The position numbers and the translations under genes are program-made. The notes under the pieces are model-generated. The model saw only the letters and a list, made by a program, of their open reading frames with translations. It was not told the DNA's origin and searched no databases. A stretch of 39,294 nt of DNA. Origin: Octopus bimaculoides (taxonomy: Eukaryota). The stretch is from assembly GCF_001194135.2 (NCBI RefSeq), contig NC_068991.1, forward strand, positions 31,336,003 to 31,375,296, in the 5' to 3' direction. Within the stretch, counting starts at the first letter, position 1. Every line of letters begins with the position of its first letter. Of this stretch, positions 38,637 to 39,294 are shown piece by piece.

Positions 38637-38830
38637 GGCGGAGAGCTGGTTGAATCGTTAGCACGCCAGGCAAAATGCTTCGCGGTATTTCGCTCGTTTT
38701 TAAGATCTGAGGTCGACTTTGCCTTTCATCCTTTCGGGGCGATAAATTAAGTACTAATGAAACATTGGTGCCGATGTGATCGACTGCCCCCTCCCGAAAA
38801 AACATAGGCCTTGTGTCTCTAGTAGAAAGG
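38637..38830 (+). mobile_element. SINE family A (ATT-tail subtype)
   Basis: ggcggagagctggttgaatcgttagcacgcc...gaggtcgactttgcctttcatcctttcgggg.gataaattaagtac...ggccttgtgtctctagtagaaagg(att)n. Confidence 0.85.
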
Positions 38831-38904
<74 letters not shown>

Positions 38905-38906
<2 letters not shown>

Positions 38907-39087
38907 TCTGCTCTAGGCACGAAATTTTAGGGAAGGGGGTTAGTAGATTAGATCGACCCTAGTACGCAACTGCTACTTAATTTATCGACCCCGAAAGCAT
39001 GAAGGGAATTTGAACTCAGAAGGTAAAGACAGACGAAATACCGTTAAATATTTTGCCCGGCGCGCTAACATTTCTGATACTCACCTC

Positions 39088-39088
<1 letters not shown>
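38905..39088 (-). mobile_element. SINE family A (ATT-tail subtype), inverted, internal deletion
   Basis: Reverse complement gaggtgagtatcagaaatgttagcgcgccgggcaaaat...ttctgagttcaaattcc...ctttcggggtcgataaattaagt. Confidence 0.8.
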
Positions 39089-39120
<32 letters not shown>

Positions 39121-39123
<3 letters not shown>

Positions 39124-39294
39124 TAGTTTTATTTTTATAACGTGCTTTCACTTCACTACCGAGCGCAGCTCTGTGTGCCTTGGGTATGTGCTGTGGTTTG
39201 CTGTGGTGCTCTTATGGTTAATGTATTGAAAGTGTTTTGCGTAGGATGTGTGCAGCGCCCAGCAGTGCAATTTTCTGTATGTTATATATATTTG
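39121..39294 (-). mobile_element. R4/Dong-clade family F, 3' end (runs off window)
   Basis: NIYNIQKIALLGAAHILRKTLSIH* plus a distinct 3'UTR ending at (AAT)n. Confidence 0.8.

Overview
Eukaryotic, AT-rich, microsatellite-saturated, gapped intergenic or intronic DNA. The SINE families resemble those I recall from octopods, so an Octopus-like draft assembly is inferred but not verified. No intact protein-coding gene, rRNA, tRNA gene or CRISPR array is supported, and most ORF-track entries are translated simple repeats or N-gaps. The window is a transposon graveyard containing about nine tRNA-derived SINE copies, two decayed Tc1/mariner elements, a Helitron Rep remnant, an L1/Tx1-like RT fragment, a HERO-like RLE retrotransposon and a Penelope-like RT arranged as a fold-back. 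The dominant structure is two stacks (20.4-29.4 kb and 35.7-39.3 kb) of R4/Dong-clade RLE retrotransposon pieces from several distinct families. All lie on the minus strand and are delimited by (TTA)n or related trinucleotide tracts. They are interleaved with an ORF-less ~600-bp passenger element (two copies) and a ~920-bp internally deleted element that keeps both ends. Other notable items are a type I hammerhead-ribozyme-like motif at 13499-13543, a decayed run of calcium-binding EGF-like repeats at ~5.1-5.5 kb, and several hairpin or inverted-repeat structures. Family assignments rest on hand-read protein motifs, and identities are by-eye estimates.
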